A stretch of 64,000 nucleotides of DNA from Planctomycetota bacterium. Lineage in GTDB: Bacteria; Planctomycetota; UBA1135; GCA-002748355. The position numbers were made by a program, and so were the translations under genes. This document shows positions 47,616 through 57,029 of the stretch, piece by piece (position 1 is the first letter of the stretch; every line of letters begins with the position of its first letter). Below the pieces are notes generated by a model, which was not told the DNA's origin, ran no database searches, and saw only the letters and a list, made by a program, of their open reading frames with translations. Location of the stretch: NCBI GenBank assembly GCA_011321845.1, contig DROQ01000211.1:21911-85910 (forward strand), in the 5' to 3' direction.

Positions 47616-48652
47616 GCCTCGATCGGGATCTCCCCAAGGATCTCCTCGAGGAAGGGGGTGGCGTCGCCCCCGTCCCGAGGATGGAGTCGATGCGCGAGGC
47701 AGGGAACGGCGAGTTCCTTGAGGTCGTCCGGAAGAACAAAGTCCCGCTCCATGAGGAAGGCCCTGGCCTTCGCGGCTTGGATCCAGGACACTCCTGCCCG
47801 GGGACTTCCTCCCAGGCGGATGGCGGGGTGGTCGCGAGTGGCGAGAATGACGCGGTGGGCGTAGAGGGCAACGGGCTCGAGGACGCGCACCTTGGGCACG
47901 AGTTGTTGCAGTTCGATCCAGTCCTGGGCGTGGATGAGAGAGGGGATGGACTCCGGTTCTTTCCCAAGCCCCATGTAGAGATCCAACTCGTGCTCACTGC
48001 TGGGATAATCCAGTTTGAGACGAAGCAAGAAGCGGTCGATCGCCGCCTCGGGCATCTCAAAGGTTCCATGGAATTCCATGGGGTTGAGCGTCGCCAAGAC
48101 CATGAAGGGACGAGGAAGCTCCAGGGTTCGCCCATCCAGGCTCACCGTGCCTTCCTCCATCGCTTCCAGGAGGCTGGAGAGAGTCCGCGGGCTGGTCCGG
48201 TTGATTTCGTCCGCCAGGACGATGTTGGCGAACAGGGGGCCGGGGAAGAAGACGAACTTGCCTCGATCCTGCCTCCAGACCGAAGTTCCCAGGATATCCG
48301 TGGGAAGGAGGTCGTTGGTGAACTGGATGCGTTTGCAGCTTCCTCCCAAGGCCTTGGCCAGGCTGCGTGCGAGGAGCGTTTTGCCGATCCCGGGGATCCC
48401 CTCGATCAGGCTATGCCCTCCCGAGAGCGCGGCGACAAGGAGGTGATCCAGGATCTCCTCCGGAACCTTGATGACCTGCCCCAAATGTCTACGAAGATCT
48501 TCCCTGAGGCCGGCACATCCCTTCAATCCGTTTTGAATGGTTTGCAAGTTCCCCCCCTTTGTCCCGCTATCGGCAAGACAAGAGAAGTGCATGAGCCGGA
48601 GCGGAGAGGGAATTGAAAAAAACCCCGCAAGGCGATGCGGGGTTTTCATCAT
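47612..48652 (-). CDS. MoxR-family AAA+ ATPase
   Basis: Walker A IEGIPGIGKT, Walker B VLADEINR; start uncertain (ATG 48652 or 48592). Confidence 0.9.
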   Translation of the reverse strand: MMKTPHRLAGFFSIPSPLRLMHFSCLADSGTKGGNLQTIQNGLKGCAGLREDLRRHLGQVIKVPEEILDHLLVAALSGGHSLIEGIPGIGKTLLARSLAKALGGSCKRIQFTNDLLPTDILGTSVWRQDRGKFVFFPGPLFANIVLADEINRTSPRTLSSLLEAMEEGTVSLDGRTLELPRPFMVLATLNPMEFHGTFEMPEAAIDRFLLRLKLDYPSSEHELDLYMGLGKEPESIPSLIHAQDWIELQQLVPKVRVLEPVALYAHRVILATRDHPAIRLGGSPRAGVSWIQAAKARAFLMERDFVLPDDLKELAVPCLAHRLHPRDGGDATPFLEEILGEIPIEA

Positions 48653-48757
48653 CCCGGGTTCTGGAATCAGCTCGGGAAGAGCCGAGACCGCCTTGGGATG
48701 GGGGGAGCGGCAGGCCTGGCTCTTCTCCGCCGGGACCGCCGAGTCAGGGATGGGGCC

Positions 48758-49102
48758 CTAGAGCGTGTCTCGGGGGGCGGCTCCAGGCTCCTGGCCCTTG
48801 AGCCTGGCGAGGTGGGCCCGATTACGGCCCCGAAGCGCCTTGACAAGGGGGAAGCTCACAATCTTGTCGCCCTTCTTGAGCTTGATGACTCCGCTCTTGA
48901 TGACCTTGGTGGAGACGCGGATCCGCATGACTGTCCCCTCGGGGGTCAGGATCCGGATCTTCTGGAGGTTGGGCTTGAACTTCCGTTTGGTGCGGCCGGT
49001 GATCTTGAGGCCGACGCCTCCCTTTTTCTTGGGTAGGCCTCGGCGGGCAACGGCATTTCCAACCCGGGTCTTTTTGCCCGTGACTTGACAGACTCGCGGC
49101 AT
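48758..49102 (-). CDS. rpmB: 50S ribosomal protein L28 (bL28), long form
   Basis: Internal ATG 49102: MPRVCQVTGKKTRVGN..KFKPNLQ; upstream 54 codons of the ORF rejected. Confidence 0.85.
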   Translation of the reverse strand: MPRVCQVTGKKTRVGNAVARRGLPKKKGGVGLKITGRTKRKFKPNLQKIRILTPEGTVMRIRVSTKVIKSGVIKLKKGDKIVSFPLVKALRGRNRAHLARLKGQEPGAAPRDTL

Positions 49103-49223
49103 CGTTCGATTCCTGCGTCCAGTGAAAAAGGATAGAGTGATTCTGACGAAAGGGGGAAAAGCATAGCTGGGCCCCAGGCCCCTTGCAAGAAGGGGATCCG
49201 CAAATCCCTGGGGGTTGCCCCTC

Positions 49224-50162
49224 CTAGGGCTTGAGGAGGGATCCCTGAGGGTCTCCCTTGCCACGTCGGAGCCAGAGGAGGACCAGGCCCACCAGGATCA
49301 TCGCGAAACAGAGTTCCTGGCCCCGGGAAAAGGACCAGAGAACGAGCCCGAGCTGGGGATCCGGCTGCCGGAAAAACTCGATGAAAAAGCGGAAGATCCC
49401 GTAACCGAGCAAAAAGAGGGCTCCATAGGTCCCTGTACTCAAGGGTTTTCCGGCTTTTTGGCGGTTTCGGTAAATCCCCCAGAGGATCAGGAAGAGGAGG
49501 AGGCCCTCTCCAAGGGCTTCATAGAGCTGGGAAGGGTGCCTGAGGGGAACCTGGGACTTGATCCGGAGCCATTCTCCGTCTCCCAGGGCCTTGAGGATCC
49601 GAAGCTCCTGCTCCCGCTTTTCGAGGCCGCCCAGGCCCAATAACTGGGCGGCGACAGGGTCGGTGGGAAAGCGCATCCCCCATGGGAGGTCCTTGCCCGC
49701 GATGCGCCCGTAGAGTTCTCCATTGATGAAATTGGCGATGCGTCCGAAGAAAAGTCCGGGGGGACCCACCAGGGCGAGGGCGTCCGTCAGTTTCCAGAAG
49801 GAGAGTTTGTTGCGCCGGGCGAAGAGCAGGGTCGCGACAAAGATTCCGATCAGGGCTCCGTGGAAGGCCATTCCTCCCCTCCAGACCTGGATGATCCGAT
49901 GCAAGGGCCAGAGGAGGGAAGGGTCATAGAAGAGGATGTAGCCCACCCTGCCCCCGATCATGACTCCCAGGATCAAGTAGAGGATGAGATCCGAAACCTT
50001 CTCCTCGGCGAGGGGGAGGAAACCGCTCCGGCAGAGGCGCACAAGGAGGTAATGGCCCAGGACAAAACCGACCAGGTACATGAGGCCGTACCAGCGGATG
50101 TCGATGGGACCGGGAAAATCGATCAGGACCGGGTCGATGCCCGGAAAAAGAATCTCACCCAT
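49224..50162 (-). CDS. lgt: Prolipoprotein diacylglyceryl transferase
   Basis: IRWYGLMYLVGFVLG, GGMAFHGALIG, GRIANFINGELYGR. Confidence 0.93.
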   Translation of the reverse strand: MGEILFPGIDPVLIDFPGPIDIRWYGLMYLVGFVLGHYLLVRLCRSGFLPLAEEKVSDLILYLILGVMIGGRVGYILFYDPSLLWPLHRIIQVWRGGMAFHGALIGIFVATLLFARRNKLSFWKLTDALALVGPPGLFFGRIANFINGELYGRIAGKDLPWGMRFPTDPVAAQLLGLGGLEKREQELRILKALGDGEWLRIKSQVPLRHPSQLYEALGEGLLLFLILWGIYRNRQKAGKPLSTGTYGALFLLGYGIFRFFIEFFRQPDPQLGLVLWSFSRGQELCFAMILVGLVLLWLRRGKGDPQGSLLKP

Positions 50163-50313
50163 GGAGTGGAATTTAACGATCCTTCCTCCTCGTTACACGT
50201 GGAGAAAGGATCGGATTCACTGGGAGCGATTCGCTCGGTCTCTCGGGAGCCTAGGGCTCCTGTGGAGGCGGGGGAAACTCCGTGCCCCCGCTCGGCAAAG
50301 GTCTTGTCCAGAA

Positions 50314-50628
50314 TCAGTCCTGGACTTCGAAGAGGTTTTTTCTGCGCTTTCGCGCCAAGAAGCCGAGTCCCGCGAGCGCGGCAAAGGAGAGGCTGATCGG
50401 CTCGGGAGTGGGGTTGCCCTGCCCATGGCCTCCTCTGTGTCCTTTTTTATGGCCATGGCGACCATGTTTGTGTCTCTTGTGCCAGCGATGATGGTATCTC
50501 CTCCAGCGGCCTCTTCCACCACCGTGGTGGGACAAGTCCATCTCGACTGCTTCTGGAACGACGACTTCGGCCGGAGGGAGGGCCGGAGAGAACGATAGGC
50601 ACAAGTTGAGGGCCAAGGTTGCGATCAT
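50314..50628 (-). CDS. Small His/Arg/Lys/Gly-rich protein with PEP-CTERM sorting signal
   Basis: AAGGA RBS 9 nt upstream; N-terminal hydrophobic leader; HHGGGRGRWRRYHHRWHKRHKHGRHGHKKGHRGGHGQG; C-terminal PEPISLSFAALAGLGFLARKRRK (PEP motif, TM, basic cluster). Confidence 0.7.
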   Translation of the reverse strand: MIATLALNLCLSFSPALPPAEVVVPEAVEMDLSHHGGGRGRWRRYHHRWHKRHKHGRHGHKKGHRGGHGQGNPTPEPISLSFAALAGLGFLARKRRKNLFEVQD

Positions 50629-50778
50629 GAAAATTGGTCCTTGAAAGAAGTGGGGAATGGGGAAAGACCCCGAACACTCTTATTCTAATTCATGATCGTT
50701 TCTTTGGCCGAAAAGCGAAAGAAAGAAAGATGGAAAAGGGGATTTTTTTTCTTCCCTATTTCTTTTGATCTGGGAGTT

Positions 50779-52824
50779 TTAACGGATGTTCTTGTCTGAT
50801 GGTTTCCAGGAATGCTCCCAAATCTTGCTGCCATCGGAACGATAAGCGCCGAAGACGACTCTGCGTTCTTTTCCCTTGCCCATTACTTGGACACGCCCGA
50901 AACTCCTCTCCTTGGTGATCCAAGTTCCCGGGACCCGGATGGGATTGGCCTTTTCCTTGGGGAACCCGCCCACTCCCGCACCCAACGGGCTGCTCGTGAA
51001 TTCGGGCCAGAGGGGTCCATCGGAGCTGTGGCGGTAGGCCAAGAGTTCGCTGGCATGGCGATCTCCAGAAAGAAATACGATTCCTCCAATTTCGTTTCTA
51101 TGGATGAAATCAAAAAGTCGCTTTTGTTCCCTTGGGAAGGCACCAAATCCCTCAAAGTAAACAAGAGGGTTGGTCATCTGCCCGCCATTCACGATGAATT
51201 TAAAACGAGCTTTGGAGCTCAATAGGCTGTCCATCAACCATTGCAATTGCCTTGCCCCCAACATGGCCTTCGTGCGGGAGTTTTGGCTCCGGTTGGGGCT
51301 CCGAAAACTGCGGTCGTCGAGCATGAAGAATTCACAATCGCTCCAGGTAAAGTTGTAGAAGCAGCCTGGGGCCTTTGCCGTTCCATAGCGAGGCTGGGGC
51401 CAGTAGTCCTTGAAGATCCGCAGGGAATCCTCCTTGAGGCGGAAGCTACGGTCGGAGTCGTTGGGGCCATAGTCGTGGTCGTCCCAGATCGCGTAGTGCT
51501 GGGTGGAGGCCCAGAAGGCTTGGAGGGGGGCAAAAGAGCGGCTGCGGCGATACCTCCGACGGATCCCCTGGGGGCTTAGCCAGTCAGGTTCCCGCAGGTA
51601 GCAGTTATCCCCCAGCCAGAGCATGAAGTCGGCCCTCTGCTTGGCCATGGCTTGGAAGATTTCGTAGCCTCCCCCATAGGGCTTCCCCGGACGGTCGCTC
51701 TCCTTCTCGTTGATATAAAGACAGGAGCCAAAGAGAAAGTCCAGATCGGGGGCAGGTCCCCGGTACCGCCATTGCTTTTGAGTCCGAAGCCGGCCTTCGC
51801 CGGCGGGGAGGCCGTCCAGCAGGATGCGGTACTGGTATGTGGTACCGGAGCCAAGTTCCTCCAGGACGATCCTGGCGATGCAGTCTCCGTCCCGGCTGGT
51901 GCGGAATTCCCGGCTGAGGCTAGGGGCCGATGGGGAACCTTGCTTCCAGTAAGCCACACGGACACGGGCGGGTTTCCTGGTCTGCACCCAGATGCAGGCC
52001 TGGTGCATTGCCGCCCAGGCGTTCATGGGACCTGCGCGCAGCCTTCTTTCGGGGCGCTTTCCTCCATCCGGGCGGAGCGCTTCCATCCGGCCGTTGCGGG
52101 GATTCCAGGAGCCATACATGGGGTTTGGGAGGACGATCCAGGTCCTGCCCCAGTGCCTTGAGAGTCCCTTTTGCTTCCGTTGACCTGGGGAGAGGAAGTC
52201 GCCCTCGCTGTCTCCCAGGAGGAGGAGGATCCGATGGCGCGCGGCGACCCTGCGCCTTCGAGCACCCTTGTCCGAGGTCTTGTCCTTGAGCAAGAAGGCA
52301 GAGTCATCCCGGGTAAAGGGGAAGCCCAGCTGCTCCATGTTTTCCCGCGTGGGGGCGAGGAGGGACTTGTGCCGGTTGCTGACATAGAACACCTTCAGCC
52401 CCTTCCTGGCCGCCTCCTGGCAGAAGGCGACGGCCCCGGGGATCGCGCGGGCCTTCTTCTCACGGACCCAGGCGGCCCAGGAGGCAGGGTTGTAGGATTC
52501 CCCGCTCAGATGCAGGCGGGCCTGGTACGCCGAGTTGTCGAGCAAGGTTTCGTCCAGGTCGCAGATGATGGCCGGGCCGGCCCCTTTTGGGATCCTGGTC
52601 TGTTCCAACGCGGCGGTCCAATGGGGATCTCCGAGTCCCCGCTCGAGTTGGATCCGGGCCAGGGCGAAGGCCTGGAGGCAGAGCGCCCGATACTCCGGGC
52701 TCTTTTGGACCCAGAGGGTCGTTTGAAGGCCTCGCGGCTCCAACCCTTGGGAGGAGGAAGTCCTCAGTGCCGTCGCGGAAAAGAGGATGGGGAGGAGGAG
52801 AGGGAGGGAGGTTCGTGCATTCAT
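50779..52824 (-). CDS. Secreted fusion: class C/e(P4)-type HAD acid phosphatase plus PhoD-like metallophosphatase
   Basis: Signal peptide; ICDLDETLLDNS, YVSNR, GDSEGDF, LPNPMYGSW (e(P4) family) then WLGDNCY, IWDDHDYGPND, FLSGDRHASEL (PhoD-like). Confidence 0.85.
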   Translation of the reverse strand: MNARTSLPLLLPILFSATALRTSSSQGLEPRGLQTTLWVQKSPEYRALCLQAFALARIQLERGLGDPHWTAALEQTRIPKGAGPAIICDLDETLLDNSAYQARLHLSGESYNPASWAAWVREKKARAIPGAVAFCQEAARKGLKVFYVSNRHKSLLAPTRENMEQLGFPFTRDDSAFLLKDKTSDKGARRRRVAARHRILLLLGDSEGDFLSPGQRKQKGLSRHWGRTWIVLPNPMYGSWNPRNGRMEALRPDGGKRPERRLRAGPMNAWAAMHQACIWVQTRKPARVRVAYWKQGSPSAPSLSREFRTSRDGDCIARIVLEELGSGTTYQYRILLDGLPAGEGRLRTQKQWRYRGPAPDLDFLFGSCLYINEKESDRPGKPYGGGYEIFQAMAKQRADFMLWLGDNCYLREPDWLSPQGIRRRYRRSRSFAPLQAFWASTQHYAIWDDHDYGPNDSDRSFRLKEDSLRIFKDYWPQPRYGTAKAPGCFYNFTWSDCEFFMLDDRSFRSPNRSQNSRTKAMLGARQLQWLMDSLLSSKARFKFIVNGGQMTNPLVYFEGFGAFPREQKRLFDFIHRNEIGGIVFLSGDRHASELLAYRHSSDGPLWPEFTSSPLGAGVGGFPKEKANPIRVPGTWITKERSFGRVQVMGKGKERRVVFGAYRSDGSKIWEHSWKPSDKNIR

Positions 52825-53657
52825 CTTTGATGGGGACCCGCTCGGAGGGTTTTGAAAATACGTCTTCGAATCCGCAAATAGCCCTCATCCTCAGGGGCGA
52901 GGGCGAGAGCCCTTGTGATCGCGAGCAATGCCTGGTTGGGTCGTTTCCTGGCCATCTGGGTCTCGGCGATCCTGGCGAACCATCCAGGCTGATCGGGGTG
53001 CTTGTCGGCGAGTCGTCTCAGGGCGACCAGGGCCAGGTCGTGGGCTCCGGTGGTCGTCGCGGTGGCGGCGAGGTCCCTGAGGATCCCATCGGATTCCCCG
53101 TCCAGTTCGAAGGCTTTCCGGAGGGCCCCGAGAGCTTCCGTGGGTCTTCCCTCCTGGAGCAGGATACGCCCCTTCTGGTGCCAGGCGAAAGAACTCCCTG
53201 GGTCCCGGAGGAGAGCTTTCTGGACTGTCCTTTTTGCGAGTTGGATCCGCCCCTGTTTCGCCTCGAGTCGGGCCAGGAGGACAAAGGGGAAGGCGCGGTG
53301 GGGTGCCTTTTCCGCCGCACGTTGGTAGAGGCTTTGGGCCTGTTTCGCATCGCCCCTCTTCTCCGCGAGGATGCCGAGGTTGGCCAGGGCGTCGGCGGCG
53401 AGAGGGTTGATCTCAAGGCAGCGCCCAAAGGCGCGTTCCGCCCTCTTTTCGTGCCCCAAAAGGGAGTAGAGGCGCCCAAGGTTGTACCAAGAGTCCTCGT
53501 CTCTCGGGTCGGCCGCCACCGCCTTCTGGTAGAGGTCGATGGCCTCCCTTGTCTTGCCGTCCCGATCGAGGGCGAAGGCCTTTTCGAAGAGGGTGGGTCC
53601 CGCACGGCCCCCAAAACACCCCACCAATAGCAATAGGGAGAGGGGAAGGCCTCGCAT
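52821..53657 (-). CDS. TPR-repeat lipoprotein
   Basis: Lipobox LLLLVGC; repeated TPR consensus (AIDLYQKAVAADPRDEDSWYNLGRLY etc.); overlaps both neighbours. Confidence 0.85.
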   Translation of the reverse strand: MRGLPLSLLLLVGCFGGRAGPTLFEKAFALDRDGKTREAIDLYQKAVAADPRDEDSWYNLGRLYSLLGHEKRAERAFGRCLEINPLAADALANLGILAEKRGDAKQAQSLYQRAAEKAPHRAFPFVLLARLEAKQGRIQLAKRTVQKALLRDPGSSFAWHQKGRILLQEGRPTEALGALRKAFELDGESDGILRDLAATATTTGAHDLALVALRRLADKHPDQPGWFARIAETQMARKRPNQALLAITRALALAPEDEGYLRIRRRIFKTLRAGPHQR

Positions 53658-54715
53658 CAGTTTTTCCTCCGTGGCGGCAGGAGCCCGCCCTGGTCGAGGT
53701 CGCGTTGCAGGGACCTCCTGGCGGCCGCTTCGGCGGCGTCGGGGTCTTCGCTTCCCCCGAAGAGAACCTGGCTGGGGTCGGCCTTGATCCTCGCCATCGC
53801 GAGCTTCATCTCCTCTGCCGCCACGCGAAGGTTGTGGAGGAGGAGAAAGAGGTCCCGGTCGTTACGAACAAGGATGTCATCCACGCGGTCCAGGAGGCCA
53901 TCCACCTTGGTCTTGGCCTCGATGAGGTTTTTTCTCAGGCCCTCCAGGAGTCGTTCGCCGCTGTCCAGGCTGCCCAGCAGTTTCGGCTGGATCCTTGCAC
54001 TCATCTTTTTCCATTGTTCCAGGAGGGAGAGGGAATGGTCCACCATCTTGGCCGAGGACTCGAGGACGGCCTGGAGTTTAGGATCCCAGCTTTGCAGCAC
54101 CTTCTTGCCTTCCGCAACCAGGGCACTGGTCTCCTGTGCGGTCTTGGCTCCTTCCCGGGTCATGCTTCGTAGGTCCTCGATGAGGCCGGGCAGAGAAGCC
54201 TTGCCTTCTTCGGGAGTGAGGAGCAGGTCCAGATGCCCGAGAAGGCTCTCCAAGCGCTTCGCCATCTCTTCGCCGCGTTCCAGGAAGGTGTCGATCCCTC
54301 CCAGAGTCGCCAGCAGAGTGTCGCCGCTCTTCAAACGGGTCGCCCCCTGGGGAGCCGCGTGGATGTCCACATAGCGTGCACCCAGGAGGCCATCCGAGCG
54401 GACCTCGATCTTGGATTCTTTGGCGATGGGCGCCTTGGGGTCCACGGCGATGGTCATCTTGACCCGGAACTCGGGGTAACTCCTCTTGCGCTCTCCCTCA
54501 CTCCTCCAATGGATCCGAAGAACTTCTCCGACCTTGAGCCCTTCGATTCGAACGGCTGTGCCAGGATCGAGCGGGAGGCCCCGCCTCAGGAGGAGGTGGA
54601 CCTGTACACGTTTGTCGAAGAAACCTTTGAGCTTCCCTCCCCAGAGAACGAAACCCAGGAAAAGGAAGAAGGAGAGGAAGACGAAGGTGCCGGCGATGAG
54701 GTCTTTGGCGTGCAT
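53657..54715 (-). CDS. mlaD: MlaD/MCE-domain protein with ~200-aa helical C-terminal extension
   Basis: N-terminal TM, MCE block LDPGTAVRIEGLKVGEV..KIEVRSDGLLGARYVDI, then long heptad-like helical region. Confidence 0.85.
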   Translation of the reverse strand: MHAKDLIAGTFVFLSFFLFLGFVLWGGKLKGFFDKRVQVHLLLRRGLPLDPGTAVRIEGLKVGEVLRIHWRSEGERKRSYPEFRVKMTIAVDPKAPIAKESKIEVRSDGLLGARYVDIHAAPQGATRLKSGDTLLATLGGIDTFLERGEEMAKRLESLLGHLDLLLTPEEGKASLPGLIEDLRSMTREGAKTAQETSALVAEGKKVLQSWDPKLQAVLESSAKMVDHSLSLLEQWKKMSARIQPKLLGSLDSGERLLEGLRKNLIEAKTKVDGLLDRVDDILVRNDRDLFLLLHNLRVAAEEMKLAMARIKADPSQVLFGGSEDPDAAEAAARRSLQRDLDQGGLLPPRRKN

Positions 54716-54718
54716 ATG

Positions 54719-55531
54719 TCAGTCTCCCTCCAAGAGGAGTTTGCGAAAGTCCATGGTGGATTCTTGGAAGCCGAGTGGCCCATCCTTGCGCCCTTCCACG
54801 AATTGCCGGACCACAGGGTCTTCGCATTCTCGGATTTCCTGTGGGCTCCCATCAAAGAGAATCTCACCCTTGTAGAGCATGATCAAGCGACTGGCGATGC
54901 GGTAGGCGCTCTGCATATCATGTGTCACGACCAGCATGGTCACATCATGGGTGGTGGCCTGCTTGAGAAGAAGGTCATCGATCCCCGCAACCGTCACGGG
55001 GTCGAGCCCTGCCGAGGGCTCGTCGATGAAGACAAGGGCCGGATCCAGGGCCATGGCACGGGCCAAGGCCGCGCGTTTGATCATCCCTCCGCTGAGCTCG
55101 TCGGGAAACCTCTCCGAAGCGGCGAAGAGCCCTACCTGATTGAGCTTCATCCCCACGAGGATGTCGATGGTCTCGTCGGCGAGGCCCGAGTGGCGCCGGA
55201 TCGGAAGGGCGACGTTGTCGTGAATGCTCATGGAGCTGAAGAGCGCTCCCCCCTGGAACATGACGCCGAATTTGAGGCGGAGTCGGTCCATGGCCTTGCG
55301 GTCCTTGGGCCTAAGGACCTCTCCCAGGAGCCGGATTTCGCCTTCCTCGGGGATGGTGGCTCCGATGAGACAGGAGAGCAGGGTGGACTTGCCTCCTCCC
55401 GACGGTCCCAGGATCGCGAGCCGCTCTCCAGGGTGGACGCAGAACGAGATCCTGTTCAAAACGCGCCTCCCGTCGAATTCCTTGACGAGGTCGCGAACCT
55501 GGATCACTGGGTCTGTCTCGGCGTAGCTCAT
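54719..55531 (-). CDS. mlaF: MlaF-type ABC transporter ATP-binding protein
   Basis: Internal ATG 55531 (ATGA with mlaE); GPSGGGKSTLL, LSGGMIKRAALARA, VFIDEPSAGLD. Confidence 0.9.
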   Translation of the reverse strand: MSYAETDPVIQVRDLVKEFDGRRVLNRISFCVHPGERLAILGPSGGGKSTLLSCLIGATIPEEGEIRLLGEVLRPKDRKAMDRLRLKFGVMFQGGALFSSMSIHDNVALPIRRHSGLADETIDILVGMKLNQVGLFAASERFPDELSGGMIKRAALARAMALDPALVFIDEPSAGLDPVTVAGIDDLLLKQATTHDVTMLVVTHDMQSAYRIASRLIMLYKGEILFDGSPQEIRECEDPVVRQFVEGRKDGPLGFQESTMDFRKLLLEGD

Positions 55532-56289
55532 ATCGTAAAGTAGGCGAAAACCGCGTCGGCCGCGAGAACAGCTACCATGCTGAGGACGACGGCGCGCATC
55601 GTCGCTGTTCCCACGCTTGAGGCACCTCCCTTGAGGTGAAAGGCTTCGAAACAACAGATGTGGGCGATGAGCGCCCCAAAGACTGCGCTCTTGAGCCCTC
55701 CGACGAGGATGTCCGAGGTTTGGATCCAGTCCTGGGCGACTCCCATGAAAGTCATTTGGGGGACGTCGAAGAGGCTCGCGCCCGTGAGGAGGGCGAAGAC
55801 GAGAGCGGAGATGTCGCTGAGGGTAGTGAGGCAGGGGAGGACAATGATCAGCGCGAGGAAGCGCGGGACGACGAGGAATTGAATGGGGTCGATGGCCATG
55901 GTCTCGGCGGCGAGGATTTCGTCGTTGACTTTCATCGTGCCCAGTTCAGCGGTGAAGGCGGCGCCGACCCGCCCTGAGACGATGATGGCCGTCATCAGGG
56001 GGCCCATTTCGCGAGTGACGGAGACGCCGACCAGGGCACCCACCATCTCCACCCTCCCGAACTGCGCCAACTGAAACGCCGTTTGAAGAACAAGGATGAT
56101 CCCGACCAGACCCGCGAAGAGCAGGACGATGGGGGTGCTCATCAGCCCCGCTCGGAGAATCTGCTCGATCAGCAGGGGGATGCGAAAGCGCCATTCTTTT
56201 TTGGGGGCCACTGCAACCGAGGTGGCGGTCCGGCAGAAGAAGTGGAAGGAGCGCCCTACCTTCTCAACGGCTTTTAGGGGGGACAACAA
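55528..56289 (-). CDS. mlaE: MlaE-type ABC transporter permease
   Basis: VSVTREMGPLMTAIIVSGRVGAAFTAELGTMKVNDE matches the MlaE core; TTG start 56289. Confidence 0.85.
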   Translation of the reverse strand: MLSPLKAVEKVGRSFHFFCRTATSVAVAPKKEWRFRIPLLIEQILRAGLMSTPIVLLFAGLVGIILVLQTAFQLAQFGRVEMVGALVGVSVTREMGPLMTAIIVSGRVGAAFTAELGTMKVNDEILAAETMAIDPIQFLVVPRFLALIIVLPCLTTLSDISALVFALLTGASLFDVPQMTFMGVAQDWIQTSDILVGGLKSAVFGALIAHICCFEAFHLKGGASSVGTATMRAVVLSMVAVLAADAVFAYFTI

Positions 56290-56296
56290 GGGGAGA

Positions 56297-56632
56297 TCAA
56301 AGGCCTTCGGGGATTTGGTCGTCCAGGTGGTCGCGGATGTCGAAGAACTCCTCGAGCTTGGCGAGTTCGAGGATCATCCGCACTTGTGGGGAAGGAGAGA
56401 GCAGCACAAAGGGGACTTGGATCCGTTTTGCCCAACGGAAACCTTCGATGAGGACTGCGATCCCCGAGGAATCCATGTGCGTGACTCCTGACAGGTCCAG
56501 GGCGAGGGGACGTTTTTTGCTCAGGAGGATGTGTTCCAATTGTCCTCGCAGCTCGGGGGAGGTGGCGAGGTCCACATCCCCCTGGATGGCGAGAGTGACC
56601 CAAGCCGCCGTCTCGTTCTTATGAATTTCCAT
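56297..56632 (-). CDS. STAS-domain protein (anti-sigma antagonist / MlaB-like) with phosphorylatable DSSG motif
   Basis: Internal ATG 56632; LDLSGVTHMDSSGIAVLIEG equals the SpoIIAA/RsbV phosphoserine loop; 7 nt upstream of mlaE. Confidence 0.85.
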   Translation of the reverse strand: MEIHKNETAAWVTLAIQGDVDLATSPELRGQLEHILLSKKRPLALDLSGVTHMDSSGIAVLIEGFRWAKRIQVPFVLLSPSPQVRMILELAKLEEFFDIRDHLDDQIPEGL

Positions 56633-57029
56633 CGCCGCTTCTCCTTGTGCGCTCCAGGGCCAATGTGTTCCAGCCGTCCTTGCTGCGCGAAGAACAGATT
56701 TTGTCGAAGAAGGCCTTGATGATGTGGACGCCGATCCCACCCGGGCTGACCTTTTGCAAAGGCCGCCCTTTGCAGCAGGTGAAGTCAAAAGGTTTCCCGC
56801 GATCCCGGATCCAGACCTTGAGGCTCTCATGGTCCTCCTGGACCTCGATTTCAATGGGGCCGGGGGCGTCCTGGGGGTAGGCGTGCCGGATGACATTGGA
56901 GCTGGCTTCGCAGAGGGCGAGACAGAAAGCGTCTAGTTCCTGCTCGCTGAGCCGCCCCCGGAACTCTTCGGTGATTTTATCCCGGAGGCTCTTTAAGCAA
57001 GGCGGCGTGGCTTGGCATCGGAAAATCAT
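56619..57029 (-). CDS. RsbW/SpoIIAB-type serine protein kinase (HATPase_c_2)
   Basis: N box EASSNVIRHAY, DRGKPFD, GGIGVHIIKAFFD; overlaps STAS start by 14 nt; ATG 57029 (TTG 57044 alternative). Confidence 0.8.
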   Translation of the reverse strand: MIFRCQATPPCLKSLRDKITEEFRGRLSEQELDAFCLALCEASSNVIRHAYPQDAPGPIEIEVQEDHESLKVWIRDRGKPFDFTCCKGRPLQKVSPGGIGVHIIKAFFDKICSSRSKDGWNTLALERTRRSGDGNS

